Part shown: positions 52,591-64,000 of the stretch, piece by piece
Numbering within the stretch: the first letter of the stretch is position 1
How the letters are laid out: the number at the start of each line of letters is the position of its first letter
Origin: Octopus bimaculoides
Taxonomy: Eukaryota
Length of the DNA: 64,000 bases
NCBI RefSeq assembly: GCF_001194135.2
Contig: NC_068983.1
Coordinates: forward strand, 86,993,285 to 87,057,284
Reading direction: 5' to 3'
Program-made: the position numbers and the translations under genes
Notes under the pieces: generated by a model
What the model was told of the DNA's origin: nothing
The model's database searches: none
The model's input: only the letters and a program-made list of their open reading frames with translations

Positions 52591-53756
52591 CTGAAAATAT
52601 ACTTTATTGTTGGGTTTCAGGAGTGTCACCAACAGTCCTTGGATGGTGGTAGTAGTGGGGAACTAATTTGGTTAGATGAGGATTTGAAGAGTTAGAAGGA
52701 AGTGTAAAGTATGAATGGTAATGAAAAGTTTATTCCTCATGAGTTTCTTCTAAATACAGTCAAGGAAACAAAAACTGCAGGCTATGCAAAATGAGAATAG
52801 CATTTAAAGAATACCATAACGAGAACTTGTCAGTAATCTCCAGGAATGAAATAGTGGATGAAAATCCTGATGAGAAGACAGAGCATCTAGGAGGAGTTGC
52901 TAAGTCAATGTGGTTGATATTCAGAAAGAGTTTCTGCAGTCAATAAAACGTGGACAGGGCAAGTGCCTCAGCGGGTGTGAGATTGAGCATAGTTTCCACT
53001 GCATTTAGATGTGACAGAGACAAACATATTGAGTCAATTTGAGCAGAGGTGGTACACAGCTTGCTAATTCATCAAGAGGTTGAGAGGCTGGAAGCTGTTC
53101 AAGAGAAATTGCAGTCTGATGCAGTTTCTTCTAGAAATAAGCAACATTTGCATTTTAGAGTCATTAAAAAAATGATCAGATTTTTGGAATCTCCTGAAAG
53201 ATGTATGAAGAGACTGTTTAACAAAACTATTGAAAAGAGGTTGAATTTAAAGGAGAAAGTTATGGAAAGTTGGTCATTCTGTTTTTTGAAGTGGACAGGG
53301 TTGGTAATGATTGACACGAGGTGTTAGGATTGATTGGTGAAGGGGAAAAGAATATAGATGATGACAGATCGTGGAAGTAGGGACACCAAGATTGATCAAT
53401 GAAGGGATTCAGTGAGCCCTAGTGAAATGATATGGCTTGTAGGGAAAACATTAGATTTAGGTAGTTAGTTCTTGGTATAACCTGTAGGAATGGAATCTAT
53501 GAAGTTTATCTGTCATACTTCATGAAAATCTTATCTTATATCATGTGTAAAGGCTTTAGATTTGCAATTGATTTTGAAAGAACAAAACTATTTGTATGTC
53601 AACAATGAAGAAAGGTCACCAGTGGGGGGAAATTTTTGGAATCACTACATAATCATTTAAGAGTGCAATAAAGCTGCAATTAAGAGGTAAGCAATAATGA
53701 GGTCTATTTCTTTAGAGTTGTTTGACTTTGGTAACAGAGGAAATGAAGGTCAATAC

Positions 53757-53799
53757 CTGTTGGATTTGCAGAAGAATTTTATACAGTATAAAGGATTAA
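53757..53799 (-). CDS. Putative 43-nt exon E8
   Basis: tag|...CAG|gtattg. Reads (V)NPLYCIKFFCKSN, phase 1 to 2. Weak pyrimidine tract. Confidence 0.35.
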
Positions 53800-54016
53800 C
53801 TATACATGTTACTTAGTGATAGTTTCCAGATTGTGTAAATCCTATTTTTAGTTTGCATAGTGTCATATTTGTTTATGCTGTACTTTAAAATTTTGAGTTT
53901 GTTTTTTGGAAGTGTAGGAAATAAAGGTAGACATAAGCTGATTTAGAGGGCCAGGAGAGATAAATTTGCATCTAACATATTTTACATACTATTAACAGTG
54001 TATTTCAAATCATTAC

Positions 54017-54050
54017 CATTTAAAGTTTTGAGATTTTTACATTCACTACT
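54017..54050 (-). CDS. Putative 34-nt exon E7
   Basis: ttttcacaag|...ATG|gtaatg. Reads SSECKNLKTLN, phase 0 to 1. Confidence 0.35.
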
Positions 54051-54321
54051 CTTGTGAAAATTTTGCATAACAAAACAGCACTATAATTTTTTGATATTCT
54101 TTAATATAGTTTACTCAATATAATCTTAACTCATTCATAATTTCTTTCAATCATATTTCTGTCATTCTTCTATTTCTGTTTCTAAACCACTCATGTGTCT
54201 TCTAACATAATCAATTAATTTTCATAACTCTTCTCTGTGTAGTGCAGGAAGCTATAACTATACTCATCAGCTTATATTTTGGGTTATTAGTTTGTCTGAA
54301 TAAGTGAGTCAATGCTCATAC

Positions 54322-54379
54322 CTTTTGTAGTCTCTCTTGAATTGTTGATGTTGATATAATTAATGCTCTACTTGAACTT
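54322..54379 (-). CDS. Putative 58-nt exon E6
   Basis: attttcag|...AAG|gtatga. The only open frame reads SSSRALIISTSTIQERLQK. Confidence 0.55.
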
Positions 54380-54555
54380 CTGAAAATTCATGCATGTGGG
54401 GAAAATTTGAAGGAAGAGAAGAGAAGATTTCAGTTCCCACAGAAAAGATTCAGCAAAATCTTTAAAATGAGGTCAATACAAGAAAGATAGCTATAAATAT
54501 AGTTGGGGAGAAGAAGTGGTTACATTCTCTTATGCAACTTGTTAGTTTAGAGGCA

Positions 54556-54937
54556 GAGGCGCAATGGCCCAGTGGTTAGGGCAAGCGGACTCGCGGTCAT
54601 AGGATCGCGGTTTCGATTCCCAGACCGGGCGTTGTGAGTGTTTATTGAGCGAAAACACCTAAAAGCTCCACGAGGTTCCGGCAGGGGATGGTGGTGAACC
54701 CTGCTGTACTCTTTCACCACAACTTTCTCTCACTCTTACTTCCTGTTTCTGTTGTGCCTGTAATTCAAAGGGTCAGCCTTGTCACACTGTGTCACGCTAT
54801 ATCCCCGAGAACTATGTTAAGGGTACACGTGTCTGTGGAGTGCTCAGCCACTTGCACGTTAATTTCACGAGCAGGCTGTTCCGTTGATCGGATCAACTGG
54901 AAACCTCGACATCGTAAGCGACGGAGTACCAACAACA
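54556..54937 (+). mobile_element. tRNA-derived SINE family B, full length and young
   Basis: gaggcgcaatggcccagtggttaggg...ggtttcgattcccagaccggg head and (AAC)n tail. CpGs retained. Probable 12-bp TSD agttta(g/a)agg(c/t)a. Confidence 0.92.
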
Positions 54938-55879
54938 GTTTAAAGGTACAGGAGCAGGCAGATGGTAATATCATTTTTGTGATTGAAGGTTTATCAAACT
55001 GCCAGCTTCATTTCCAATTCCTTTTTATGATTATATTCTAAGTAGAATATTTATATGTTTGTTAGCTGTACCACTGATTTGCAGAGAGTCAGTAACTGTT
55101 CAGAGAACAAGTCTTTTCTCCTCTTAAAAGAAGAAGTTTAGTATTTTAGAATGCACTGTAAACAATGTAATAAATGCATGTTTACTACAAAAAATTAAAA
55201 AGTTTGAGATTTAGTATTTGTAGGAAGTTTGACAGTTTTAGTTATGTAGTGTCCATGAACAGAGCTGATGTACTGTAGAGCGTTTCTTTGATAAATATGT
55301 ATACACATGTAGAGAAACATACACATGTACATAAACAGATATTTCTTAAACAGGATAGATGGATGCATACACACATCACATACATATTACAGATACAAAT
55401 CAATGTTATTAAGGTATATATACAATTGCATGAAAATATGAGTTATGTTAGAGAAAAGCTTATTTTCTCAGTAAGACAACAAAGAACAAGAAATAAGAAT
55501 GCAATTGGATTAGCGAGGCCAATACTGGTTAAGCATGTATACAATCTACAGTTTTAGTTGCCCTCAAACTATAATATTCATTTCTTGTTATTTTTGTTTA
55601 TACAAATAAAATATATAAGTAATTTTGAAAATAACAAAATCCTTTTAGAGGCTCTTGTGCCTAAACACACGAATGACCAAACCATCAAATTTCTAGTTAA
55701 AGAATAAATAGTTCCTATGCAGTGCCACCAGTAGATACAATCAAGTCTCACTGCTGTAAGCAGCAGTACTACTGTATAACTAATAAGGTTATATTAGCTT
55801 AAAGTGATGAGAACAAAATCCTCCTCTGAGCATATAGAATGCATTGGAAGTTATACCTATGTATTTTCTTTGGAATCAC

Positions 55880-55926
55880 AGTATAGATACAAAGTCTTCA
55901 ATAAGATAATTACAAGAATTGGTAAG
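55880..55926 (-). CDS. Putative 47-nt exon E5
   Basis: cattttag|...CT|gtgatt with a weak donor. Reads LTNSCNYLIEDFVSI(L), phase 0 to 2. Confidence 0.4.
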
Positions 55927-56099
55927 CTAAAATGATTACAGTTGATATGAATCATATTAATGTATCATAAATATCCTAAATTACATACTGTGCATATGGG
56001 TTGGTGTCTTTTTCAAAGGGCCCAGTTCAAAACAGTGTTCTTTCATGATACACCAATCTAGAATTTTAAAAGTAAAAAATGGCTACCACCACTGGTACT

Positions 56100-56415
56100 T
56101 CATCAGTTACAACAACAAGAATTTCAATTGATCCGATCAATGAAACAGCCTGCTCGTTAAGTTAACGTGCAAATGGCTGAGCACTCAACAGACACACATA
56201 CCCCTTAACGTAGTTCTCAGAGAGATTCAGTATGACACAGAATGTGACAAGGCCAGCTCTTTAAAAACAAGCGCGACTCATTTTTGCCAGCTGAGTGAAT
56301 TGGAGCAATGTGAAATAAAGTGTCTTGCTCAAGGATACAACATGTTACTGGGAATTGAACTCATGACTTTACAATTGTGAGCTGAATATCCTAACCACTT
56401 AGCCATGTGCTTTCA
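56100..56415 (-). mobile_element. SINE sharing the family B 3' half, with a CORE-like head
   Basis: ttgatccgatcaatgaaacagcctgctcg...tgtgacaaggcc is the reverse complement of about 54770-54935. Confidence 0.8.
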
Positions 56416-56743
56416 CTAGTTACCAACCAATCTGGCAACAAATTCTCACAACCACCTTTATCTTAATTTTAGTGTTCTAGACAGTCACATAGGTTTTCAG
56501 TGCTGTATAACTCCAGGAATCTCTGATTGTCAACCAGCTGAATATCATTACAGAGTGTGATAATCTTTACTTATTCTAAAAATTCTAGATTGGTGCACCA
56601 TGAAAAAAGAAACTAAGAGTGTGTTTAAGTGAACTTAACAAACTATTAGCGGGAAGGTGAAACTGAAACAAAGATACTGTGAAGTAAAATAAGTCCAAAA
56701 GAATCGAAGAAATGTCCCTTCTCAATGTGTTGGCACTCCTTAC

Positions 56744-56800
56744 TGTGTTGTCAGTGTAAACAAGAAGAGTATAGGAGATACAGTGGAAATCTCTAACAAA
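56744..56800 (-). CDS. Putative 57-nt exon E4
   Basis: ctttcttattttctgtcag|...ACA|gtaagg. Reads FVRDFHCISYTLLVYTDNT. Confidence 0.55.
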
Positions 56801-58094
56801 CTGACAGAAAATAAGAAAGAACTTTAGTAGTGTGAATGTGGTGAATATCAGATCTCTGCTAAAACAAAAATTAGCAGGTATGTGTGGTTAGGAAGCTTGC
56901 TTCCTAGCCACAAGGTTTCAGGTTCAGTCCCACTGTGTGGCACCTTGGGCAAGTATCTTCTGCTATAGCCTTGTGATTGAGTTTAGTAGGCAGAAGTTAT
57001 CGTCATGTGTGTACATGTGTTTAAGTGCTTGTGCCTCTTAACAGAGAGAGCTGGAAATGGAGCTAGTGAGAGCATTGTGGTGCATTAGCTACTTGCTAGG
57101 TTAGGAAGAAGATTGGGAGATGGAAAGTAGGTTGATTAAATATGAGAAAAAAATGTTACAGATGAAGTGATATCAAAATATTAGGAATAAAATAAATACT
57201 GACATAAATGATGATGATGATAGGTATTACATTAGGATTCACAAAGGACTGAGATACAAAGAGAGACATACTCTACAGATGGGTCCAATTGATCCCCAGC
57301 ATAAAAAAACATGACTAACCATTTCTAAGCAAGACACCAATGATTGCCTGCTCCAGCAGTAGAAAAGGCAACCAATAGTAAAAAGGGTCACTTTGACAGA
57401 CCCCCATCCCCACCTGGTGATTTAAAAAAAAAGGCTGTGAAACAGAGAGAAAGTGATACAATAGCTGTATGAAGAATGTGTCATGCTGGAAAGGAATAAA
57501 CAGTTCTGGTCAATAAATTTTTCATTCCTGGGACCAACTTATTTTCCCAGAAAATTACAAAGAGGCAGTTTCCAGCATGGCCTTAACTGTGATAGCAAAA
57601 ATAGTAATAATTAAAAAAAAGTGGTGGTGGTGTTACTTTAGATATATATCTTAACCCTATAACTCAAATTATCAATATGCAGAATAAATTGTTAATTTTT
57701 AGCTTGTTCAATGGCTAAGAGTATAATTAGCAGTAGAAGAAAGGGGGCATGCACAGTAACAGTGCATTACTGCATCCACCATTTGTTGGTGGTTCCCTAC
57801 TCCTGGTGGAGAAAGGAATCACCACTTCAGTGACAACCCTTCAACTTAGGTGTTTGTTTGGGCAGTCATTGCTTGTGAAGGTTTTATAAGCTTGGAGTGC
57901 AAATCCTACCTCAAACTCTTTTAGTCACCTTTTATGACACGCAGAGGAAACTTTCAGTCAATTCTTTGACATGCCAGTCCTCACACAACACAAAGAATAT
58001 ACACTAATGTAAAAAATTAAATTTTCTTATACACATTTAATTCAAATATCAATAATTATATTCTGCAACAACTTTCAGGTATTATAATTGCTTG

Positions 58095-58430
58095 CCTGCA
58101 TCATCGTCATTTAACGTCCGCTTTCCATGCTAGCATGGGTTGGACGATTTGACTGAGGACTGGTAAAACCAGGTGGCTACACCAGGCTCCAATCTGATTT
58201 GGCAGAGTTTCTACAGTTGGATGCCCTTCCTAACGCCAACCACTCCAAGAGTGTAGTGGGTGCTTTTACATGCCACTGGCAACGGCCACGCTCAAAATGG
58301 TGTATTTTACGTGTCACCTGCACAGGAGCCAGTTCGGTGACACTAGCAACGATCTTGCTTGAATGTCTTTACACGTGCCATCCGGCACAAGTGCCAGGAA
58401 GGCGATGCTGGGCACAGGTGCCATGACGAT
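58095..58430 (-). mobile_element. RTE-tailed SINE-like family E, young copy
   Basis: Reverse complement reads ggcgttaggaagggcatcca...cgtccaacccatgctagcatggaaagcggacgttaaatgacgatg. CpGs retained. Internal tandem subunits. Confidence 0.8.
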
Positions 58431-58885
58431 TTCGTAATGTTTAAATTTAGAGAGTATCATTAGAGCTTGTTCAAGCTTTCAGTTTTGTTGTTTTCCTCAG
58501 GTAAAAGTGAAATATTTGAAGTATCAAGAATTATTAATAAGTATTATAGAGTTAAAGAATTAAAATAATAATTAGAATAATCACACACATAAACTTAGCC
58601 AAATTAAGGGTGAAAAAACAAAAACAAAACTTAGGTAAGGCTAATCTAGATGTAACTCGTGATCATATAGTTTTATATGAAAAAAAAAAAAAAATAGAAA
58701 AAAAATATACTTACAAAAATTTTTTTTCATAAGAAACATAAATAAAATTTACCTAACATTGATTAAATAACACAAAATAGTTTCTGTTGTGTTGCTTGAA
58801 GCAAGTGAAGCCAAGTGAAATAAAAGGACAACAGTGACACAAAAAAAAAATCACTAACTACAATGAAATAAGTGAAATTACTAAC

Positions 58886-58903
58886 CTTGTCAAATTCCTC
58901 ATC
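58886..58903 (-). CDS. Putative 18-nt micro-exon E3
   Basis: Long T tract, then aactctag|GATGAGGAATTTGACAAG|gttagt. Reads DEEFDK. Confidence 0.55.
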
Positions 58904-59219
58904 CTAGAGTTAACATTTAAAGTAAAAAAAAAAAAAACAAGGATAAACATTACATCATAGTAACAGTACATATAGCTGACTAGCATGAGAAAACTTTCAG
59001 AGTAATTTTTTTTAATAAATAACATTAAATGTTAAATAATGCTCCATTCATAAACTTTTGACTTGAGGTTGTAGGCTGCCAATTTTCTTTAATGAAATTT
59101 ACAAAAAAAACAAACAAACAAAACAAAACAAAAACAGAAAAAAATGATTATGTAAAATAACAATTGAAAGTAAATAAGTCCTTTATAGCAATTAGGATTG
59201 TACCAAAATGTATACTAAC

Positions 59220-59295
59220 CCTTTTATGAGTGTGACTAGGTGGTAGAAGTTTATCTATATGCAGTGGTTCCAAGTTATGTTCTATTCGGACTTTA
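59220..59295 (-). CDS. Putative 76-nt exon E2
   Basis: tttttatgtctattttcag|...AGG|gttagt. Reads KVRIEHNLEPLHIDKLLPPSHTHKR. Confidence 0.6.
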
Positions 59296-59382
59296 CTGAA
59301 AATAGACATAAAAATCCTTAATATAGATTTGTTATTAGTAACAAAAGCAGTATTAGTTTGAAAAGCAACCTGTATATCATAC

Positions 59383-59411
59383 AGTGGATATATCATTGAG
59401 AGCCTAATAAA
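59383..59411 (-). CDS. Putative 29-nt exon E1
   Basis: cacag|...CT|gtatga. Reads FIRLSMIYP(L), phase 0 to 2, with an 87-nt intron to E2. Confidence 0.35.
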
Positions 59412-59499
59412 CTGTGATATTCATCGAGACAAAGTATTTCTCAAAGGTGTAAAAACACAGAAATATATCAACAGCAGACAAAAATTGTCCAGTGGCAAT

Positions 59500-59930
59500 G
59501 TCTTCTTCTTTCATGAACATCGCGAAGTGATGAGTACTTTTCCCAAATGTCATTTGTAGTTATGAAGTCTGATTCTGGAGAGACAGATATGCCCACAGGT
59601 GGAGCATGTAAAGCCTTACTTTCATTGACTCCCAGGGTTCTGCTCATGCTGCCAGGTGCAGTGTGCTATTTCACTCTGTAGTAGATCTTGGAGTTTAGCA
59701 GTGCCAGTCTTGTATGTGTTGCGCCAGCTAGTGTGATCTGCAGCCATTGATATGAGACTGTTGGGAAGGATATGACACTTTTTCAGTGTTGTTTTCAGTT
59801 AATCTTAAAAGCGCTTGTGCTGGCCACTGACAGAGCGTCTTCCATCTTCAAGTTTGCCATACATAAGGCAGGGCAATCAATTTGAAGGCATTTGAATGAC
59901 ATGCCTTGCCTCTCTGAGTTGGTGATGATG
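59500..59930 (-). mobile_element. RTE-clade LINE 3' fragment
   Basis: Reads HVIQMPSN...MYGKLEDGRRSV.GQHKRF...MAADHTSWR...TCSTCGHICLSRI and ends in a (GAA)n tail. Confidence 0.85.
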
Positions 59931-60519
59931 GCACTGCTAAATACATATTTCTGCCTTTTTGGGCTTCATCAGCACATACAGTAGACACAGTGGATACTTG
60001 CTACTGATGAAGCCTAGAAAGCAGAAGTACTTATTTTGCAATGCCACTACCACTACTGTTGGATGATTTTATGTTTTGCTTTTGATATATTTCCATGTCT
60101 TTTAAATACTATACATCTATAAGAGATGATTTCTTGAGATGAATACTGTACTTTGTTAGGCTTCCTCAATGATGTATCTGCTCTAAGTATGATTCACAAA
60201 TAGCTATTAATATATAGTAATTTGTGTCAACTACGTTGCATATCATCTTTTCCTTACAGTTTACTGAGAATAGTTCACCCTCTTTCTTACCTTATTAGAA
60301 GTAATTATTTATTCTTCAATGTAAAGCTTAGGGTGAGAGTTCAAATCCAGTTAAAGTTTTTATTATTTTTTATTTATGGAAAGGATATTTTTTTTCTTCT
60401 TAATCTGTATTAATTTTCACTGTAAAGCATAGTATGAATATTCAAATTCTGTTAAGTATAATATTTTACATTCTATTTTGATATTATTGGAAAATAAAAA
60501 TAATTCATAATTGTAATAA

Positions 60520-60668
60520 TTACTTGATTTCTTCAATAGATAGCTCAATCGTTTGTCTCCAGTTTGAAAATGTTGGGGTATCTTGTTTAGTTGGCGGAGT
60601 GGGCTCTTTTGGAATACAAATCTCAAAACCCTCTTTCTTTGCAGTTTCCTTCTCCGCTTGAGTCACAT
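60520..60668 (-). CDS. Candidate coding exon, terminal or internal via a donor at 60523
   Basis: (TC)n-ag acceptor. Reads (D)VTQAEKETAKKEGFEICIPKEPTPPTKQDTPTFSNWRQTIELSIEEIK*. AATAAA at 60359-60374 on the minus strand. Confidence 0.5.
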
Positions 60669-60884
60669 CTGAGAGAGAGAGAGAGAGAGAGAAGGTAAAA
60701 TAAAGATATATACATATATTACGATGAAAGTATGTAAAATTAAATCATTAACCTCTTTGTTACCATATTTCTGTTGAAATACATTACCTTGGTTACAATT
60801 CATTTTGAAAATAATCAAAAATGTACCTAAATAGCTGTCATTATTAAGCTGATGTTTGGAACTTAATTCGAAATAAAAAAAAGT

Positions 60885-61095
60885 GGTTTCAAATTTTGGC
60901 ACAAAGCCAAGAATTGTGCGTGCGCATGTGCAAGTTGATTATATTGACCCCAGTGTTTCACTGATACTTATGAGCTTCAAAAGGATGAAAGGCAAAGTCA
61001 ACCCAGGCAGTATTTGAACTCAGAATGTAAAATTGGAAGAAATGCTACTAAGCATTCTGTACAACGCAGTAAAGATTCTGCCAGCTCGCCACCCC
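60885..61095 (-). mobile_element. SINE family A, degenerate
   Basis: ggatgaaaggcaaagtcaac...ttctgccagctcgcc. Confidence 0.75.
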
Positions 61096-61257
61096 TAAAT
61101 TAACATAAAAACATTGATTGAAGATTCTAATTTAAATTTTTCAAAATAGAAGTTTGAATCACAGAAACAAGGGGTGGGGGTTGGTATCAAACAGATTAAA
61201 GAGGTAAGTTTATTTTATTTATACCTCAAAATTTATAAATGTTTCTGCTAGTTTATG

Positions 61258-61290
<33 letters not shown>

Positions 61291-61291
<1 letters not shown>

Positions 61292-61744
61292 TCATAAGGT
61301 ACAGATTATATTTAAATACATAAGAGGAATCCACTCATGGGATTCCTTACGCTAGAAAGAACAGCTAGGTTCTAGAACCAAAAAATTAGGGACAAAATCC
61401 CGAAAGGAACGAAATGAAGAATAAAAACTTTTACCATCTCTTTTCCTGGACCAATTGGTTTCTGACTTTAGTTTAGCAAATAAGATAATTTTCTAGGTGA
61501 AGTCGTTTCCATCAGGTACACCTAACACTAAAATATATAAACACGAGGCAATCATTTCCATGCCTCTCGTTTATACATCCTAATTTTTTCAGATCTACTG
61601 CGCAGGCGCAGCTCCTCACTGGCAATAAAAAAATACCAACTTTCCCTAATTTTGTGATTCTAGAACCTAGCTGTTCTTTCTAGCGTAAGGAATCCCATGA
61701 GTGGATTCCTCTTATGTATTTAAATACACACTGTACCTTATGAG
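61291..61744. mobile_element. MITE with about 87-100 bp near-perfect TIRs, at the end of a (TA)n run
   Basis: 61291-61377 (ctcataaggtacag...ttctagaa) is the reverse complement of 61658-61744 apart from about 3 nt. Probable TA target. Confidence 0.92.
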
Positions 61745-62087
61745 TAATTCATAGTCTTTGGACTAAACTTTTATACGCTAGGCCACTTGGAAGTGAAAAT
61801 TTTTATTAATTTCCATTTCCCTTTGATATGATTAAGTATTATAAGTTTTTTGGATAATTTTCGATTTTTAAAAGTTGGTATTAAGAAGGGCATCTAGCTG
61901 TAGAAAAGATGCCAAAGCTGGTACTAGAGCTGAATGGAATCCCATGGTTCACTGGATCCTGAAAGATGGACAGTAAGTGATGATGTACACATGCCTAATG
62001 CAGCTCTGTGGCTTGTTAGATCCTGTCAAATCATCCAACCAATTCCAGCATGGAAAATGGACATTAAATGATAATGATATGTAGGTG

Positions 62088-62199
<112 letters not shown>

Positions 62200-62719
62200 T
62201 ACACACATGTTGAATGTGGAAGACATGCAAAGATTAGATAAAAACAAGATGAACATGCTTTGCTGGATATGCATGAATGACAAAGTATAAACGAACCTTG
62301 ACATATACAATGATCACAGCTTCTGTATTTCTCTTGTCATCCCATCTACTTCCCCAACATGATTTTTTTCCTTCACAGTGACATCCATCCTTACCTTCTC
62401 ATACACAGGCTTTCATACCACTTCCTTAATGATTACGCACACACGCCATCACCTCTACTATATTTTCACACTTGCACACATCTACTCACACATATACACC
62501 ACATTAAAACACACACACACACATCTCCCCTTATGCCCATTTTCAGACAGATAGATTCCTTCACTTACATAAACACATCTATTTTTTTCTCTCGTGTGAA
62601 CTCCTCTTCTAGAACAGCATTCCCACCTGATTTCTAACCTCTATTTCGCTCCCTCTACACTTCTCTCTATCATCTGATGAAAGACCAAAATGTTAAGAGA
62701 CTTTCCATTAAAGCTACTA

Positions 62720-64000
62720 CCTTATTTGAATAAGACTGATATTTTCTACTAGATAATTTGCTAAATGTTACAGACTAGATCTGTTGCTAGTGCATGGTCC
62801 TGTCTATGTACAAGTTGAGGTACTGTAGATAGAGCCATTACAGGTGCAAGGCAGTCTTCAAAGGATTGGAAGAGAGGGGACAGCAGTGAAAATTATCAAA
62901 TAGCTATAAGATATGTCAGACATCAGGTATATACAGTAAGGGGAGAGGCAGAAAGAAGTTTGCAGATGTCCTATGACATGGAGATCAAAAGTATAAGGTG
63001 TTTTGGATTGCTTAGGTAGTGCACTACAGTGGATTGAGCGAAGTGTATACAGAATGATAACCCACTTTATACAGAATGACACCCACTTTAACCGATGACA
63101 AAAAGGAAGAGGCATGAAAATGCTACAATGAGATGCTGTTGAATGTAGAGAATGCATAGAAGAGAGAAAAGGAGGGAGGGAGGCTACCCCATGTAAATCT
63201 AACAAGGACCAGCTACCCAAAGTAGCAGCAGTATAGCAGATAGAGAAATTAGTAGATAAAGCAACAGTCAATAGGATGCTTAAGATATCTGGTGAAGTAA
63301 GCATATAGAGCAGTCACTCAAATAGTCAATTGGATAACACAGGAAGGTGTCTTACTTAATGATTGGTACTGTAATATTGTAAACTCCTTCAAGGACAAGG
63401 AGATGCACTGGAGAAAGGAAACTATAGAGGTATCAAACTACTGGACCACATTAAAGAAATTAGGTAAAGAGTTAATGCCAAAGTAATTACAAACAAAATT
63501 AGACTGGATGAGATGCAGTTTGGTTTTACTTCAGGAAAAGGTACCACTGAAGTTATATTGCTAGTAAAACACAAGTCCCTCTCCAAGAAAAGTCCTTAAC
63601 TAAAATTAATCCCCTATATTGTGCATTGTCAACCAGGAAAAGGCTTCTGACAAAGTCCTCTTTTTCTGTGACCTAGTGTTTACTAAGGAGGGTGGGGCTA
63701 GATGAATGATTTGTGAGGGCCAAACAAGCCATGTACAGAGGTGCAGGCAGCAAGGTGTGTCAATAATGAATTCAGTGATGAATTTAGCATGTTCTTACAG
63801 TAAATCTGTAGGAGATTTGGAGCAGATTCAAAATAAGGAAATAAAACACAGAATTGAAGGGTTGTAAAATAAACTTAGCAAAAACTAAGTTTTAGTATGT
63901 AAGAATGAAAGTAGGACTCTGATACTGTCAGGGAGTACTTGGTATGTAGAAAAGGAGTCAGCAGACATTCCATATAATGTCCCCAGTATCAAGAAAAGAT
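62720..64000 (+). mobile_element. RTE-clade LINE ORF fragment, degenerate RT running off the window
   Basis: Reads LLNVENA..., MLKISGEVS, GDALEKGNYRGIKLLDH, RLDEMQFGFTSGKGTTE, EKASDKVP, AMYRGAGSKV, INLAKTK. Confidence 0.88.

Noticed and set aside
50300-53600. Possible decayed Penelope-like ORF pieces on either side of exons E9-E10
   Set aside because: Only vague motif resemblance, with no catalytic motif recoverable.
55882-55921. Plus-strand exon YRYKVFNKIITRI with a GTAAGC donor
   Set aside because: It overlaps E5 antisense and has no plus-strand partner exons. It remains an unresolved alternative.
58746-58787. Extra minus-strand exon (TTETILCYLINV)
   Set aside because: Its phase does not fit between E3 and E4 in the preferred chain.
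60290-60330. Strong minus-strand donor AAG|GTAAGA
   Set aside because: All frames from nearby acceptors contain stops. It is at most a non-coding exon.

Overview
AT-rich, repeat-dominated eukaryotic DNA. The SINE families, the (AT)n/(CA)n/(ATT)n microsatellites and nine N-gaps (most at (AT)n runs) point to an octopod cephalopod, probably Octopus; this is inferred from pattern recognition, not from a search. Nearly every ORF in the supplied track is a microsatellite artefact or transposon debris. Recognisable elements: a deleted Gypsy pol, an ORF1-only L1/Tx1-like element that appears to sit inside a Helitron helicase, two R4/Dong-type LINEs (one carrying a nested Tc1), RTE and Penelope remnants, a DD37D transposon, hAT, piggyBac-like and long-TIR MITEs, and at least five tRNA-derived or LINE-tailed SINE families. 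Not explained by the ORF track: (i) a hand-assembled, frame-consistent chain of ten small minus-strand exons (52362-59411) encoding about 174 aa of an unrecognised protein; (ii) several degenerate minimal hammerhead-ribozyme motifs, some in inverted pairs; (iii) sharp CpG-depleted and CpG-retaining domains. All alignments and translations were done by eye, so coordinates of degenerate repeats are approximate.
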